Shown here in pieces: positions 35,969 through 45,635 of a stretch of 64,000 nucleotides of DNA (its first letter is position 1; every line of letters starts with the position of its first letter). Both the position numbers and the translations under genes were made by a program. The DNA lies in NCBI GenBank assembly GCA_039924845.1, contig JBDTAC010000041.1, forward strand, positions 728 to 64,727, in the 5' to 3' direction. A model generated the notes under the pieces. That model was not told the DNA's origin. It worked only from the letters and a program-made list of their open reading frames with translations, and ran no database searches. The stretch comes from Bacteroidia bacterium. Lineage in GTDB: Bacteria > Bacteroidota > Bacteroidia > DATLTG01.

Positions 35969-38221
35969 TTATTTAACTACACTTAACTTCTTCAGTACTT
36001 TTCCATCGCTGTTGCTAATGCTTACCCAATACATTCCGGCAGCAAATGAAGCTGTATTGATAGCAAATTTATCTACTCCCGCAGGAATTTTTGTGGTGTA
36101 TATAATTTGTCCGAGTATGGAATAGATATTTACTTCTTTCACTTTCGTAGAAGCCAACAAACCATCAATATAAAACATGCCATCGCTTGGATTTGGATAC
36201 ACGAAATAATCCATTTTATTGGCTGTAATGTTATCCACACTTAAATAACCACCTACGGTAAAGCTTTGGATAATAGAAGTCCCGAAATCTGGCTGTAAGG
36301 TATTGAACACAGTGGATGGAGTAGTAACTTTTTGGAAACGTATAAAGCCATTTCCATCACTGTTTGCAAAAAAGCTAATACCATCTTCTCCGGCATCGTC
36401 CAATTCAAATTGATAACAACCGTCGCCTAAATTAAGAGTATCTCTATAAAGTGTATTGTTTGCAAAACCACTTTTGGAATGAACAACAGTTCCATTTCCA
36501 TCACGAATAACATAGGAATCTTCTGCTGCTGCGCTATTCGTTTCAAAAACAACAATAAATATATTAGGATATTGTGGAGGATTGATAAATGGAGCTTGCA
36601 TCATATCGTTCGCTGCATATTGATCTGCTTGTCCGTTTGGATTGCTAACGCTTGCTTGAAAAATATGTTTAGGTGCGCTGCTGCTCCAATTCATAGAAGG
36701 AAGTGCAACTGTTAAGGTATCTGTAAAATTTAAAGTTCCAGTCCAATGATACGTTTGTGTTGATCCGCCGATAACACCGTAGTTAATATCTACGCTGGTA
36801 AGCGGAGTGGATCCAGCATTTCGCAACACTACTTCCGGAATACCGCAAATAGGGTTAAAGCGACTGTATGCCGGAAAGGTAGTAGGTGCTTTGATGTCAT
36901 AAACTTCTGCATCCACTGTAAAATTAGCAGGACCGTAAAAGATAACAGAAGAACCAATGTTGTAACCGCAATTTCCGTTACCTGCATCACGTGTATAAGG
37001 ATCCATATCCATACCCAAAGTATAAGTTGTTTTAGGTGCTACAAAAGAACTTAAATCAAACGAAAAAGGATATACATCTGCTCCAGGACACCAATTGGCA
37101 CGATCGTAAATCCATGTTCCAGCTTGGTGCAAAAGTGGATTTAATCCGCAAGTGTTTCGCCAAATAGTTTTGGTAAAATCAGTGGTTCCGTTTATCTTAA
37201 AATAACTGTTTTGAGAACAAAATTCAGAGCAAGGGTCTACATTATCCGAGCCATGACCTGTTTGAAGAACGCGTATGCCTACAGCAGATTCGGCGCTGTC
37301 AATTTTTACTGTTTGAGGCAGTAAATACGTGCCGATGGGATGAACAGGATCTCCGTAAGGAAACCATCCACTCCATAAATTTTGTGTTTTGTAAGCTTTG
37401 TGTGGAGGAATACCTTTGATCATTTCGAAATTACAAGTAACGGCAAAACCATCTGAATAACCTTGATAATACACACGTATTTGGGTTGAATCATGTAAAA
37501 GCGAAACGAAATCAGAAACGTCTATTTGGTACAAATGCGACCAAGAGGTATTGTAATATCCGCCATAAGGCGTAATGGTACGTGCAATTTCATATTCCTG
37601 AATGGAATCGTATTTTGCATAATAATGATAATAGGTTTGGTACATTATACTGTCGTTCACAAAAATAGAATCTGTTTTTGCGCCCGTGTTGTTATAGTAA
37701 TAATTGTAGTATCCGGAATTCCACCAATGAACTGTATCTGTTGGAGTAGTGGGTTGTGAAGAATTCAAATATTGAACTATAGTATAAGCACCATTTTTAG
37801 TAGAATCCGTTGTGTGCGTAATCGTGTCGTAAAAAGTAGTGTAAGTAGTGTCCTTTTTAATTTTAACGGAATCTTTTATAGATCCATTTACTGTAAAAGA
37901 AGGCGCTGTTTTATAGGTAGAATCTACAATGCCTGTATTATGGCGCACCATTATTTTTACGGTATAATCCCACTGGCTGCAACCGCTGGAAGGACATCCA
38001 ATCGTTAAATTCAATAACACTTTACGGAAGGATACGGTATCACTCGGGAAAACGCCCCAGCCATCAAATGAACCGTAATAGTTCATGTGCACTTTGTTAT
38101 GACTGATTACATTAAGCGTATCGTTAGGTCCGGCATAAGCGGAAAATCCAAGTACTATAAAACATGCAAACGCCATCAGCGTTTTAATGCATTTGTTTTT
38201 TGGCGTAGTTCTTTTTATCAT
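35969..38221 (-). CDS. T9SS type-A CTD (Por secretion tail) secreted protein, N-terminal region possibly PNGase F-like
   Basis: The C-terminus YPNPSDGMFYI...VNIYSILGQIIY...AGMYWVSISNSDGKVLKKLSVVK is a typical sorting domain. GHGSD..PCSEFC and ANWCPG resemble N-glycanase motifs, but that match is weak. Confidence 0.7.
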   Translation of the reverse strand: MIKRTTPKNKCIKTLMAFACFIVLGFSAYAGPNDTLNVISHNKVHMNYYGSFDGWGVFPSDTVSFRKVLLNLTIGCPSSGCSQWDYTVKIMVRHNTGIVDSTYKTAPSFTVNGSIKDSVKIKKDTTYTTFYDTITHTTDSTKNGAYTIVQYLNSSQPTTPTDTVHWWNSGYYNYYYNNTGAKTDSIFVNDSIMYQTYYHYYAKYDSIQEYEIARTITPYGGYYNTSWSHLYQIDVSDFVSLLHDSTQIRVYYQGYSDGFAVTCNFEMIKGIPPHKAYKTQNLWSGWFPYGDPVHPIGTYLLPQTVKIDSAESAVGIRVLQTGHGSDNVDPCSEFCSQNSYFKINGTTDFTKTIWRNTCGLNPLLHQAGTWIYDRANWCPGADVYPFSFDLSSFVAPKTTYTLGMDMDPYTRDAGNGNCGYNIGSSVIFYGPANFTVDAEVYDIKAPTTFPAYSRFNPICGIPEVVLRNAGSTPLTSVDINYGVIGGSTQTYHWTGTLNFTDTLTVALPSMNWSSSAPKHIFQASVSNPNGQADQYAANDMMQAPFINPPQYPNIFIVVFETNSAAAEDSYVIRDGNGTVVHSKSGFANNTLYRDTLNLGDGCYQFELDDAGEDGISFFANSDGNGFIRFQKVTTPSTVFNTLQPDFGTSIIQSFTVGGYLSVDNITANKMDYFVYPNPSDGMFYIDGLLASTKVKEVNIYSILGQIIYTTKIPAGVDKFAINTASFAAGMYWVSISNSDGKVLKKLSVVK

Positions 38222-38321
38222 AGTATTTGGGTTCTAAATTAATTATCTACAACAAATGTAAACAACAAATCCACTTTTTATTGTAAAAAGGAACAGTTGG
38301 TGGGATTGTAAGAATAAGTGG

Positions 38322-38831
38322 TTATTTTTTTACCACTAAGCAATCGCTTACTATATCGTGAAGGGCTTGTTTTTTTTCTGTAAATCCTGCCATCATGTAT
38401 CCGATAAATAAGATTAAGCCAGAAATGTATTTGGCAAAAAATCTTCCAGATGCTTTTCCGAAAGAAATTCTTTCTCCGTTTAAACCTGTTACTTTCAAGC
38501 CCAGTGCCATTTTTCCCACGGTTGCTTGTTTGGATGAAGATTCCATCAACGCATAATACAGCCAATACAAAACGCATAAAATAATTGCTGAATAGATAGC
38601 AGCAACGGTAATTAACGCAAGTAATTTACTGAAAGAAAGCATGGATTCAGGACTTGCGGAAGGATGTTCCAAACCCGCAGCAATAGTGCTAATTCCAAAT
38701 AATGCAAGTAGAGGTGCTAAAATAATCCATTTGGCAGCGCCCAAAATAAGCGCATCTAAAATAAATGCTACGAAGCGAAGCCAAAATCCTGCATAAGCAG
38801 GTGGAGTAGGAGGTGTAGTTTGTTCTGTCAT
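38322..38831 (-). CDS. RDD-family membrane protein
   Basis: It has YAGFWLRFVAFILDALIL, 3 TM helices and HDIVSDCLVV at the end. Confidence 0.7.
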   Translation of the reverse strand: MTEQTTPPTPPAYAGFWLRFVAFILDALILGAAKWIILAPLLALFGISTIAAGLEHPSASPESMLSFSKLLALITVAAIYSAIILCVLYWLYYALMESSSKQATVGKMALGLKVTGLNGERISFGKASGRFFAKYISGLILFIGYMMAGFTEKKQALHDIVSDCLVVKK

Positions 38832-38950
38832 GAGGCGTTTTTTATTTGTGAAAGTAAATGTAGAACAATAATCTGAAGCAGCAAGTTAATAGGATGCAAA
38901 AGGTGAATCCCAAAAATATTTTTTTGAATCGGATTTAATCGCTTGAAAAA

Positions 38951-39583
38951 TTATTTTCTCCAACGAAAACTGTCAATCATTTTTTGAATGTCTTGTTTTA
39001 TAAAACCAACTACTGGCGCAATCGAATCGCTGTTCGGCACAGCTTCAAAATAAAGTGATCCACGAATAAAATTAGACACACTATCCGTTAAATAAAATTG
39101 CATCGGCGAAGCCGCATTACCTTCAATATCATACACCAAACCGTACACTTTGTTGGAATCATTTACAATCACTTGTTCGGTAATCGCAGAAGCTTTTATT
39201 TCGTGTTTAATTGCCAAGGTGCGCGATTGTTCCAAATAGTCTTTCAAATTTCCGTCTACGTGTTTGTACGTTAAATGGATGGATCCGTGAAATTGAGGGA
39301 ATTCCACATTTAACCAACACGGTTGCGCGTCTGGTCTGGTATCGGGAACTACTTTTGCATACGTCGGATAATCAAATGAAAACGGACAAACGGCATTGTA
39401 GATAACATAATTTTTTTGTGGAAGTGCAATTCGAAAATAACCTTTTGGTTTTGGTAATGGCAAGGAATCATCACTGTTTCCACAGGAAGCTAGGATTATT
39501 AAAAATGCACTCGCGAAAAAATATTTTTTTGCGTTCGAAAAATTATTTTTTTGAAACGCTTTTTTTTCAGTCGGATATAACAT
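38951..39583 (-). CDS. gldD: Gliding-motility lipoprotein GldD (by synteny)
   Basis: It has the lipobox ILASC and is about 200 aa. It overlaps the end of the CBS/CorC gene in the ssb-gldE-gldD order known from Flavobacterium johnsoniae. Confidence 0.6.
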   Translation of the reverse strand: MLYPTEKKAFQKNNFSNAKKYFFASAFLIILASCGNSDDSLPLPKPKGYFRIALPQKNYVIYNAVCPFSFDYPTYAKVVPDTRPDAQPCWLNVEFPQFHGSIHLTYKHVDGNLKDYLEQSRTLAIKHEIKASAITEQVIVNDSNKVYGLVYDIEGNAASPMQFYLTDSVSNFIRGSLYFEAVPNSDSIAPVVGFIKQDIQKMIDSFRWRK

Positions 39584-40904
39584 CGTTTAAAGTTATTTTT
39601 ACGCGTTTTATTTTTCGATTATCGGACGATTCGATGTTGAAAAGAATATTATCAAAAAATATTTTTTCATTTTTTCTCGGAATTCTTCCTTCCAATTCGA
39701 TGAGAAATCCTGCCAATGTTTCGGATTCTCCTTTATTATCTTGAAAAATATCCGTGCTTAAATTCGTAATTCGACAAAAATCATTCAGTAAAATTTTTCC
39801 TTCGAACACAAAATTTTTCGCATCCAATTTAGAATAAACAGTATCGTCGTCGTCAAATTCATCGTTTATTTCGCCTACAATTTCTTCAATTACATCTTCC
39901 AAGGTTACAATGCCGGAAACGCCGCCGTACTCATCCACTACAACGGCGAGGTGTGTTTTTTTATATTGGAATTCGCGCAATAAATCGTCTATTTTTTTAT
40001 TTTCTGGAACAAAAAAAGCAGGTCGAATCAATTGTTGCCAGTTGAAATTATTTTTTTCATTTAAAAACGGAAGTAAATCTTTGATGTGTAAAATTCCGGA
40101 AATAGTATCTAAATTTTCTTTGTAAACAGGCACGCGCGAAAATCCGGCATTGGTAATTTTTTCGAGCAATTCTGCGTAAGCCATTTTTTGTTCAAACGCA
40201 ATCACATCCATACGCGGCTTCATAATTTGTTTTACATCGGTATTTCCGAAACGCACAATTCCTTTCAAGATTTTATGATCTTCTGCGGGCATGCTTTTTT
40301 CGGAAGTTAATTCAAGCGCGTGCGACAATTCGTCCATCGAAATATTTCTGCTTTTACGTTTTATTTTTTTATCAATCAAAGAAGTAGAAGCAATTAAAAA
40401 TGAAGCTAAAGGTTGCGTTGTTTTTCGTAAAAACACAATTGGATAAATGAGTCGTCGCGATGTTTTTAGTGCATTTTGAGTGGCATAAATTTTCGGAATC
40501 ATTTCGCCAACAAGTAAAATTAATAAAGTGATGGCGGCAATTTCTACGATAAATTCAAGTATCGGATTTTGAAATTTCGGAAATATATTTTCTGTGAGAT
40601 ACGTGGAAAGAATGACGATAGCAATGTTGGTGAAATTGATAGAAATAAGTAGCGTGGCAAGTAAATAGCGAGGTTTTGAAATAAGTTCTACGATGCGTGT
40701 ATCTTTTTTTTCATTAGAAGATGTTAAGGATTCAATGTCTGCTGGAGAAAGTGCAAAAAACGCGCCCTCTGCTGCAGAAACGGTGGCAGTTAACAACAAT
40801 AAAACCACAATTCCGATAATCGCGCTAAGCGCAGCCAATGTCAATGGACTGAGGGAAATATTGAAAATTAAAAAAGAATATATTGGTATAAATAAATGCT
40901 GCAA
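39567..40904 (-). CDS. gldE: Gliding-motility protein GldE (DUF21 - CBS pair - CorC/HlyC transporter-associated domains)
   Basis: It has 4 N-terminal TM helices, CBS-pair motifs and a CorC_HlyC-like end. Synteny with ssb and gldD supports the call. The listed start is TTG. Confidence 0.7.
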   Translation of the reverse strand: MQHLFIPIYSFLIFNISLSPLTLAALSAIIGIVVLLLLTATVSAAEGAFFALSPADIESLTSSNEKKDTRIVELISKPRYLLATLLISINFTNIAIVILSTYLTENIFPKFQNPILEFIVEIAAITLLILLVGEMIPKIYATQNALKTSRRLIYPIVFLRKTTQPLASFLIASTSLIDKKIKRKSRNISMDELSHALELTSEKSMPAEDHKILKGIVRFGNTDVKQIMKPRMDVIAFEQKMAYAELLEKITNAGFSRVPVYKENLDTISGILHIKDLLPFLNEKNNFNWQQLIRPAFFVPENKKIDDLLREFQYKKTHLAVVVDEYGGVSGIVTLEDVIEEIVGEINDEFDDDDTVYSKLDAKNFVFEGKILLNDFCRITNLSTDIFQDNKGESETLAGFLIELEGRIPRKNEKIFFDNILFNIESSDNRKIKRVKITLNDVISD

Positions 40905-40920
40905 TGTTTTTTTTTTGCCA

Positions 40921-40983
40921 AAGATAAAAATAAAAACGCCCTTTCTAATTCCTTTATTTACAAGGTAACCAGAAAGGGCGTTT
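40921..40983 (-). terminator. Rho-independent terminator after ssb
   Basis: A 13-bp stem AAACGCCCTTTCT/AGAAAGGGCGTTT is followed on the minus strand by TTATTTTTATCTTT. Confidence 0.75.
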
Positions 40984-41008
40984 GAAAAATTAATTTTTCG
41001 ACATCGTT

Positions 41009-41437
41009 TTAGAACGGTAAATCATCCGTCGATTCGTTGGCAGGTGAGGGCGCATGATTGTCTTCATGCTGCGATTCTGCGTGTACCGAATTTCCGTCAC
41101 GATCCTCTTTTTTACCCAAAATATTTAAACTTTCTCCAACAATTTCGGTCGTGTATTTTTTCACGCCTTCTTTGTCTTCCCACGAACGCGAGCGTATTTT
41201 ACCTTCGATGTACACTTGCATTCCTTTCTTTAAATATTTCTCGGCAATTTCCGCCAAACCGCGCCATAAAACAATATTATGCCATTCGGTTTGATCTACT
41301 TTTTTACCTGTTTTGTCTTTGTAGCTTTCGCTGGTTGCTAAGGAAAATTTAGCAACAGCAGTTCCTCCTTCGAGGTAACGCACTTCGGGATCTTTGCCCA
41401 AATTACCTACTAAAATCACTTTGTTTACTCCGGCCAT
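41009..41437 (-). CDS. ssb: Single-stranded DNA-binding protein
   Basis: It has an OB-fold N-terminus ([17 protein letters not shown]...[12 protein letters not shown]) and the acidic tail DDLPF. Confidence 0.95.
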   Translation of the reverse strand: MAGVNKVILVGNLGKDPEVRYLEGGTAVAKFSLATSESYKDKTGKKVDQTEWHNIVLWRGLAEIAEKYLKKGMQVYIEGKIRSRSWEDKEGVKKYTTEIVGESLNILGKKEDRDGNSVHAESQHEDNHAPSPANESTDDLPF

Positions 41438-41537
41438 GTTTACACGTTTTAAGTTAATAATTATGAAACAAAAGTACTAAAAAAGTAAAAATGTTTCGTT
41501 TTCTATCATACTATCAACGGGAGTTATTGGCAGAAAA

Positions 41538-42137
41538 TTGTTTTTGAAGAAAAAAAAATGTTTCTTTGCCTCTCAAACTATTCGAAAAAATATTTTTTTG
41601 AAACGATTTTTTTCCATATCGCTGCTCGCACTTTTTTTATTTAACCTCTTCGGGGTGTATCTTACGTTGGATTTTATGCAATTCGACAACAAAGAAAAAA
41701 TGGAGCGCGAAGTGGAAAATAAATTTTCTGATAAGCAATTAAACGTTGTGAAAATTTCTGAAAAAGAAATCGAAAACAATACTTCTGATTTTCAATTAAC
41801 AGATAAAAATGAAATTCGTTACCACGGAAATATGTACGATGTGGTGCGCCAAAAAAAATCGGATGGCTTTGTGTATTTTTATTGTATTCAGGATAATCGT
41901 GAAGATACGTTGAATAAAGCATTGAATGTTCAGGTAAGTATGAACGTTTTACCTGATTCAAAAAACACGAATGATAATTCTAAGAAATTGGTAAAAGCAT
42001 TTAGTAAAGATTATTTTCCGTCAATAAATACAATTCTTATTCATCAATCTTCAAAAAATATTTTTTTCCCACTTCTTTTTTCGCATTATAGCAATGCAAG
42101 TAAGGATGTTCTCTCTCCACCGCCTAAAATAGCATAA
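41538..42137 (+). CDS. Small N-terminally anchored hypothetical protein upstream of a TonB-dependent receptor
   Basis: It has one TM helix followed by LDFMQFDNKEK, and the C-terminus ends SPPPKIA. The start is TTG, with no in-frame ATG before the TM helix. Confidence 0.4.
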   Translation: MFLKKKKCFFASQTIRKNIFLKRFFSISLLALFLFNLFGVYLTLDFMQFDNKEKMEREVENKFSDKQLNVVKISEKEIENNTSDFQLTDKNEIRYHGNMYDVVRQKKSDGFVYFYCIQDNREDTLNKALNVQVSMNVLPDSKNTNDNSKKLVKAFSKDYFPSINTILIHQSSKNIFFPLLFSHYSNASKDVLSPPPKIA

Positions 42138-42162
42138 AAAAATAGTTTAGTAGTTTAGTGAT

Positions 42163-42216
42163 AAACTGTTCAGCCTATTGTTTAGTTTAGGCTGAACAGT
42201 TTTATCTTTTTTTTAT
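42163..42216 (+). terminator. Rho-independent terminator or attenuator between the small ORF and the receptor
   Basis: A 14-bp stem AAACTGTTCAGCCT/AGGCTGAACAGTTT is followed by TATCTTTTTTTT. Confidence 0.8.
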
Positions 42217-42284
42217 TTTACGCAAAAGCAGAAAGCGTTTTTGGTAGAGTGCGTATTTTAATTATAAATCATATAAAAATAGAC

Positions 42285-44666
42285 ATGAAAAAAACAATCT
42301 TTATGGCACTTGCTGCCTTTATATTATCCACCCAAATTACCTATGCGCAATACAGCGTTAAAGGTGTGGTAAACGGATCAGACAATGAACCAATACCTGG
42401 AGCGGTAGTTTCTATTCCTCATACATCCACGGCTGTTAGTACGGATAGTAAAGGAATGTTTACGCTTTCAGCTCCAACTGATTTTGACAGTATTATGGTT
42501 TCTTTAATTGGCTACCAGTCGCAGGAATTGCTTGCAAAGGATAAATCACAACAGCTATCCGTTTTACTTAAAGTTTCTAATACCGCACTCAGTGAAGTTC
42601 AAATATTAGCCTTAAAAAAAGGAGGTTCGGTTACCACATTAAGCCACGATGAATTAAATAGAAGTTCGGGTTTAAAATTAGAAGATGCGCTGAATACGGT
42701 GCCTGGAGTAATGATGAGCTCTCGCTCTCCTTGGGGCGGACAGCACATTATTATTCGTGGTTATTATCCCAGTGCTGACAATGGTAGAACTAATGGAGAG
42801 AATTTTAATGGATTGGGTTATCAATTATATATCGACAATATTCCTGTAACAGATGCAACAGGAACTACGGTAATGGATGATATTGACATGTCTAATCTTG
42901 GTAAGGTAGAAGTAGTAAAAGGTCCTTCTCCTTTGTATGGTAGTTACATTGCAGGTGCAGTAAGCTTGTATACACCCACTCCAACCCCCGATCAAACAAG
43001 CGTTCAGGAGCAAGCAATCGCAGGCAGCTATGGTTTATTTCGTACAAATACGAGCCTAATGACTTCCGATGGTTCTTCTTCTATATGGGTAAATTATGGA
43101 CAACAAACGTACGATGGATTTCGTCCGAACGACCATTCTAAAAAAAATTATGCAAGTTTCGCGGGAGATTTTAAAACAAGTAGTAAAAACACTATTTCCA
43201 CTTATTTTTCTTACAGCCATTCTTACGAACAATTAACTGGAGAAATTGACAGTGCAACGTTTTATAATAGACAAGCTGTAAGTGATACCAATTATATGTT
43301 TAATCAATCACATGTTGATATAGAGAGTTATCGTACAGGAATAACAGATAAATATAAATTGTCAAAAAAATTTAGTACAGAAACCACCTTATTTGCTACA
43401 GGAAATGAACTGAACCAATATTTTGCTCATGGTTTTAGCTTGAATAACAATTTGAATTTCGGCGGACGAACAGCTTTGGTTTACGATACCAAAAGTGATA
43501 AAATAAGCGTAAATGGCATTACGGGTGTTTCTTTCCAAAAATCAAATCAAACAGATCAAGGAAATTTTATTCTCCCTTTTGTTCCTTCGCCATTCACTTC
43601 AACTTCAGGACCTGATTTTCCATCCGATGTAAAAAACTATGCGTTGAGTTATAATTTATTTACTAATTGGATAGTTGGTTTACCTTCTAATTTTACGTTG
43701 GCAATTGGTGGGTCTCTTAATTTTAATGAATTCGGCACACAAAATTTACTTAATAGTGGCAAGATATATTTAGATGATCCAATCTTTATTAAGTCATTTA
43801 GTCCTGTGTTCCTGCCAAGTATATCTCTAACAAAAGCTTTGACCTCAAACATTGCTGTTTACGCCAATGTGAGTGAAGGATATGCTCCAGCCTTACTAAG
43901 CCAAATGACCAATTCAGTTGGAAAAGTGGACTCCGCGCTGAAGCCAGAAAATGCGATACAATACGAAATTGGCACTAAAGGTTCTTTGGGATCAACTCAA
44001 AAATTTACGTACCAATTAGCTTTGTACGATATGGATATAACGAACAGGCTTGTTCAAGAAACAGCTAATTCGATATCCTTTTATACCAATGCTGGCGAAG
44101 AACGTAACTTGGGAGCAGAATTGTATATGGCATATAATCTTTTAAATAATAAAAATAACGCCATTACATTGCTCCGTCCTTGGGTGTCTTACACGTATTC
44201 TAATTATACGTATGTTAATTTTAAAACATTTGGAGCAAAAGGAAATACAGACACTGTGACGAATGATTATTCCAATAAAAAAGTTGCAGAAGTAGCTCCT
44301 AATGTGTTCAATTTCGGTATTGATTTGCAGACAAAAATTGGATTTTATGCAAATACTACTTATCAATATGTAGATAAAGTTCCTATTACATTTGACAATG
44401 GTCATTATATGAATGCATATTCATTGCTGGGAGCAAAAATTGGCTACAAACATACATTTAACCATTTTGTAGTGGATGTTTATGCAGGTGCTAATAATTT
44501 GTTAGGCAGTACTTATTACAGTCTTATTTTTGTTGGACAAAATATCCAAGAGTTGGCGCAAGGGAATGACCCTAATATTAAAAATGGAGGTGGTGATGGT
44601 TACATTTTACCGGCTCCTTATGCAGCTACTTTTTACGGAGGATTAACTATCAGTTATAAATTTTAA
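42285..44666 (+). CDS. TonB-dependent receptor with an N-terminal carboxypeptidase-regulatory-like domain
   Basis: The ATG at 42285 gives the signal peptide MKKTIFMALAAFILSTQITYAQ. It has a CarboxypepD_reg-like segment, a plug, a beta-barrel and a terminal YKF. Confidence 0.85.
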   Translation: MKKTIFMALAAFILSTQITYAQYSVKGVVNGSDNEPIPGAVVSIPHTSTAVSTDSKGMFTLSAPTDFDSIMVSLIGYQSQELLAKDKSQQLSVLLKVSNTALSEVQILALKKGGSVTTLSHDELNRSSGLKLEDALNTVPGVMMSSRSPWGGQHIIIRGYYPSADNGRTNGENFNGLGYQLYIDNIPVTDATGTTVMDDIDMSNLGKVEVVKGPSPLYGSYIAGAVSLYTPTPTPDQTSVQEQAIAGSYGLFRTNTSLMTSDGSSSIWVNYGQQTYDGFRPNDHSKKNYASFAGDFKTSSKNTISTYFSYSHSYEQLTGEIDSATFYNRQAVSDTNYMFNQSHVDIESYRTGITDKYKLSKKFSTETTLFATGNELNQYFAHGFSLNNNLNFGGRTALVYDTKSDKISVNGITGVSFQKSNQTDQGNFILPFVPSPFTSTSGPDFPSDVKNYALSYNLFTNWIVGLPSNFTLAIGGSLNFNEFGTQNLLNSGKIYLDDPIFIKSFSPVFLPSISLTKALTSNIAVYANVSEGYAPALLSQMTNSVGKVDSALKPENAIQYEIGTKGSLGSTQKFTYQLALYDMDITNRLVQETANSISFYTNAGEERNLGAELYMAYNLLNNKNNAITLLRPWVSYTYSNYTYVNFKTFGAKGNTDTVTNDYSNKKVAEVAPNVFNFGIDLQTKIGFYANTTYQYVDKVPITFDNGHYMNAYSLLGAKIGYKHTFNHFVVDVYAGANNLLGSTYYSLIFVGQNIQELAQGNDPNIKNGGGDGYILPAPYAATFYGGLTISYKF

Positions 44667-44737
44667 TCATCAAAAAATTATTTTTTCGGGAGGAGATTTA
44701 TTCTTCTCCCGAAAAAAATTTTATTATACATAAAAAA

Positions 44738-45634
44738 ATGTTTTTAAAAAATAAACTACTCTTAGGAATTTTTTCACTTCCTTTATTTTTCGCTTCTTGT
44801 GGACAATTTTCAAATAAACCATCCGCCAATCAAGACAAAGATAGCACACGAATTGTTTGTGTTTCTAAACAACTTACCGAATTATTATTTGATCTCGGAC
44901 AAGGCAATAAAATTGTTGGTGTTGATTTATCAAGTACATTTCCGGAAGCTGCAAAAAAAATTCCTACTGTTGGTTATCACATGATGCTAAGCGCAGAAGG
45001 TATTGCTGCTTTGCGACCAACCATCGTTATTTTTAATAAAGGTACTGATGCTGAAGTAGGACCAATTACGTTGCTTCCTCAGCTTCAAAAAATTGGCATT
45101 CATATCAAACAATATCCTGCCGCAGGTTCTATTGATAGCTTAAAAATGTTAATCCATCTTTTAGGTAAAGATTTTAACGCGACAGCTAAAGCAGATTCGA
45201 TTTGCAATAAATTAGATGCAGACATGAAAATAGTTGCCGAAAAACAAAAACAATATGAAGGAAAACCCAAACCAAGAGTATTGATTATTCATTACGGACG
45301 AAAAAGCAATCGTTATTTTGTGATGGGAAACAACGGAACTCCAACTGATTTGATTGAAATGGCAGGTGGCGTAAATGCTGCTGATACTACCAAATGGAGA
45401 AATTTGAGTGCCGAAACAATTGTGAAAGATCAACCAGATGTTATTTTAGCTACTGATTATGGTTTTGATAAAGCTGGAGGCGTTGGTAAATTTTTGGACG
45501 TAATGCCAGGGTTGTCGCTCACTCCCGCGGGAGAAAATAAAAAAGTATATCGCATCTCAGAACACGATTTGTTATATCTCGGTCCGCGAACGGGAGAAAA
45601 TATTTTAAAATTAATGGACATTATTCATCGCTAA
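44738..45634 (+). CDS. ABC transporter substrate-binding lipoprotein (hemin/siderophore/cobalamin class)
   Basis: It has the lipobox FFASC and a cluster-A binding-protein layout. It is encoded next to the FecCD permease gene. Confidence 0.7.
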   Translation: MFLKNKLLLGIFSLPLFFASCGQFSNKPSANQDKDSTRIVCVSKQLTELLFDLGQGNKIVGVDLSSTFPEAAKKIPTVGYHMMLSAEGIAALRPTIVIFNKGTDAEVGPITLLPQLQKIGIHIKQYPAAGSIDSLKMLIHLLGKDFNATAKADSICNKLDADMKIVAEKQKQYEGKPKPRVLIIHYGRKSNRYFVMGNNGTPTDLIEMAGGVNAADTTKWRNLSAETIVKDQPDVILATDYGFDKAGGVGKFLDVMPGLSLTPAGENKKVYRISEHDLLYLGPRTGENILKLMDIIHR

Positions 45635-45635
45635 A

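Noticed and set aside
38278-38577. 99-aa minus-strand ORF overlapping the RDD gene.
   Set aside because: It is an out-of-frame overlap with the better-supported 38322-38831 RDD-family ORF and has no motifs.
44687-44711. Canonical rho-independent terminator after the second TonB-dependent receptor (CGGGAGGAGA / TCTTCTCCCG stem).
   Set aside because: The stem is preceded by a T-run and followed by an A-run in both orientations, so neither transcript would end in a U-tract. It may still be a structure or processing site, but it is not a classical terminator.
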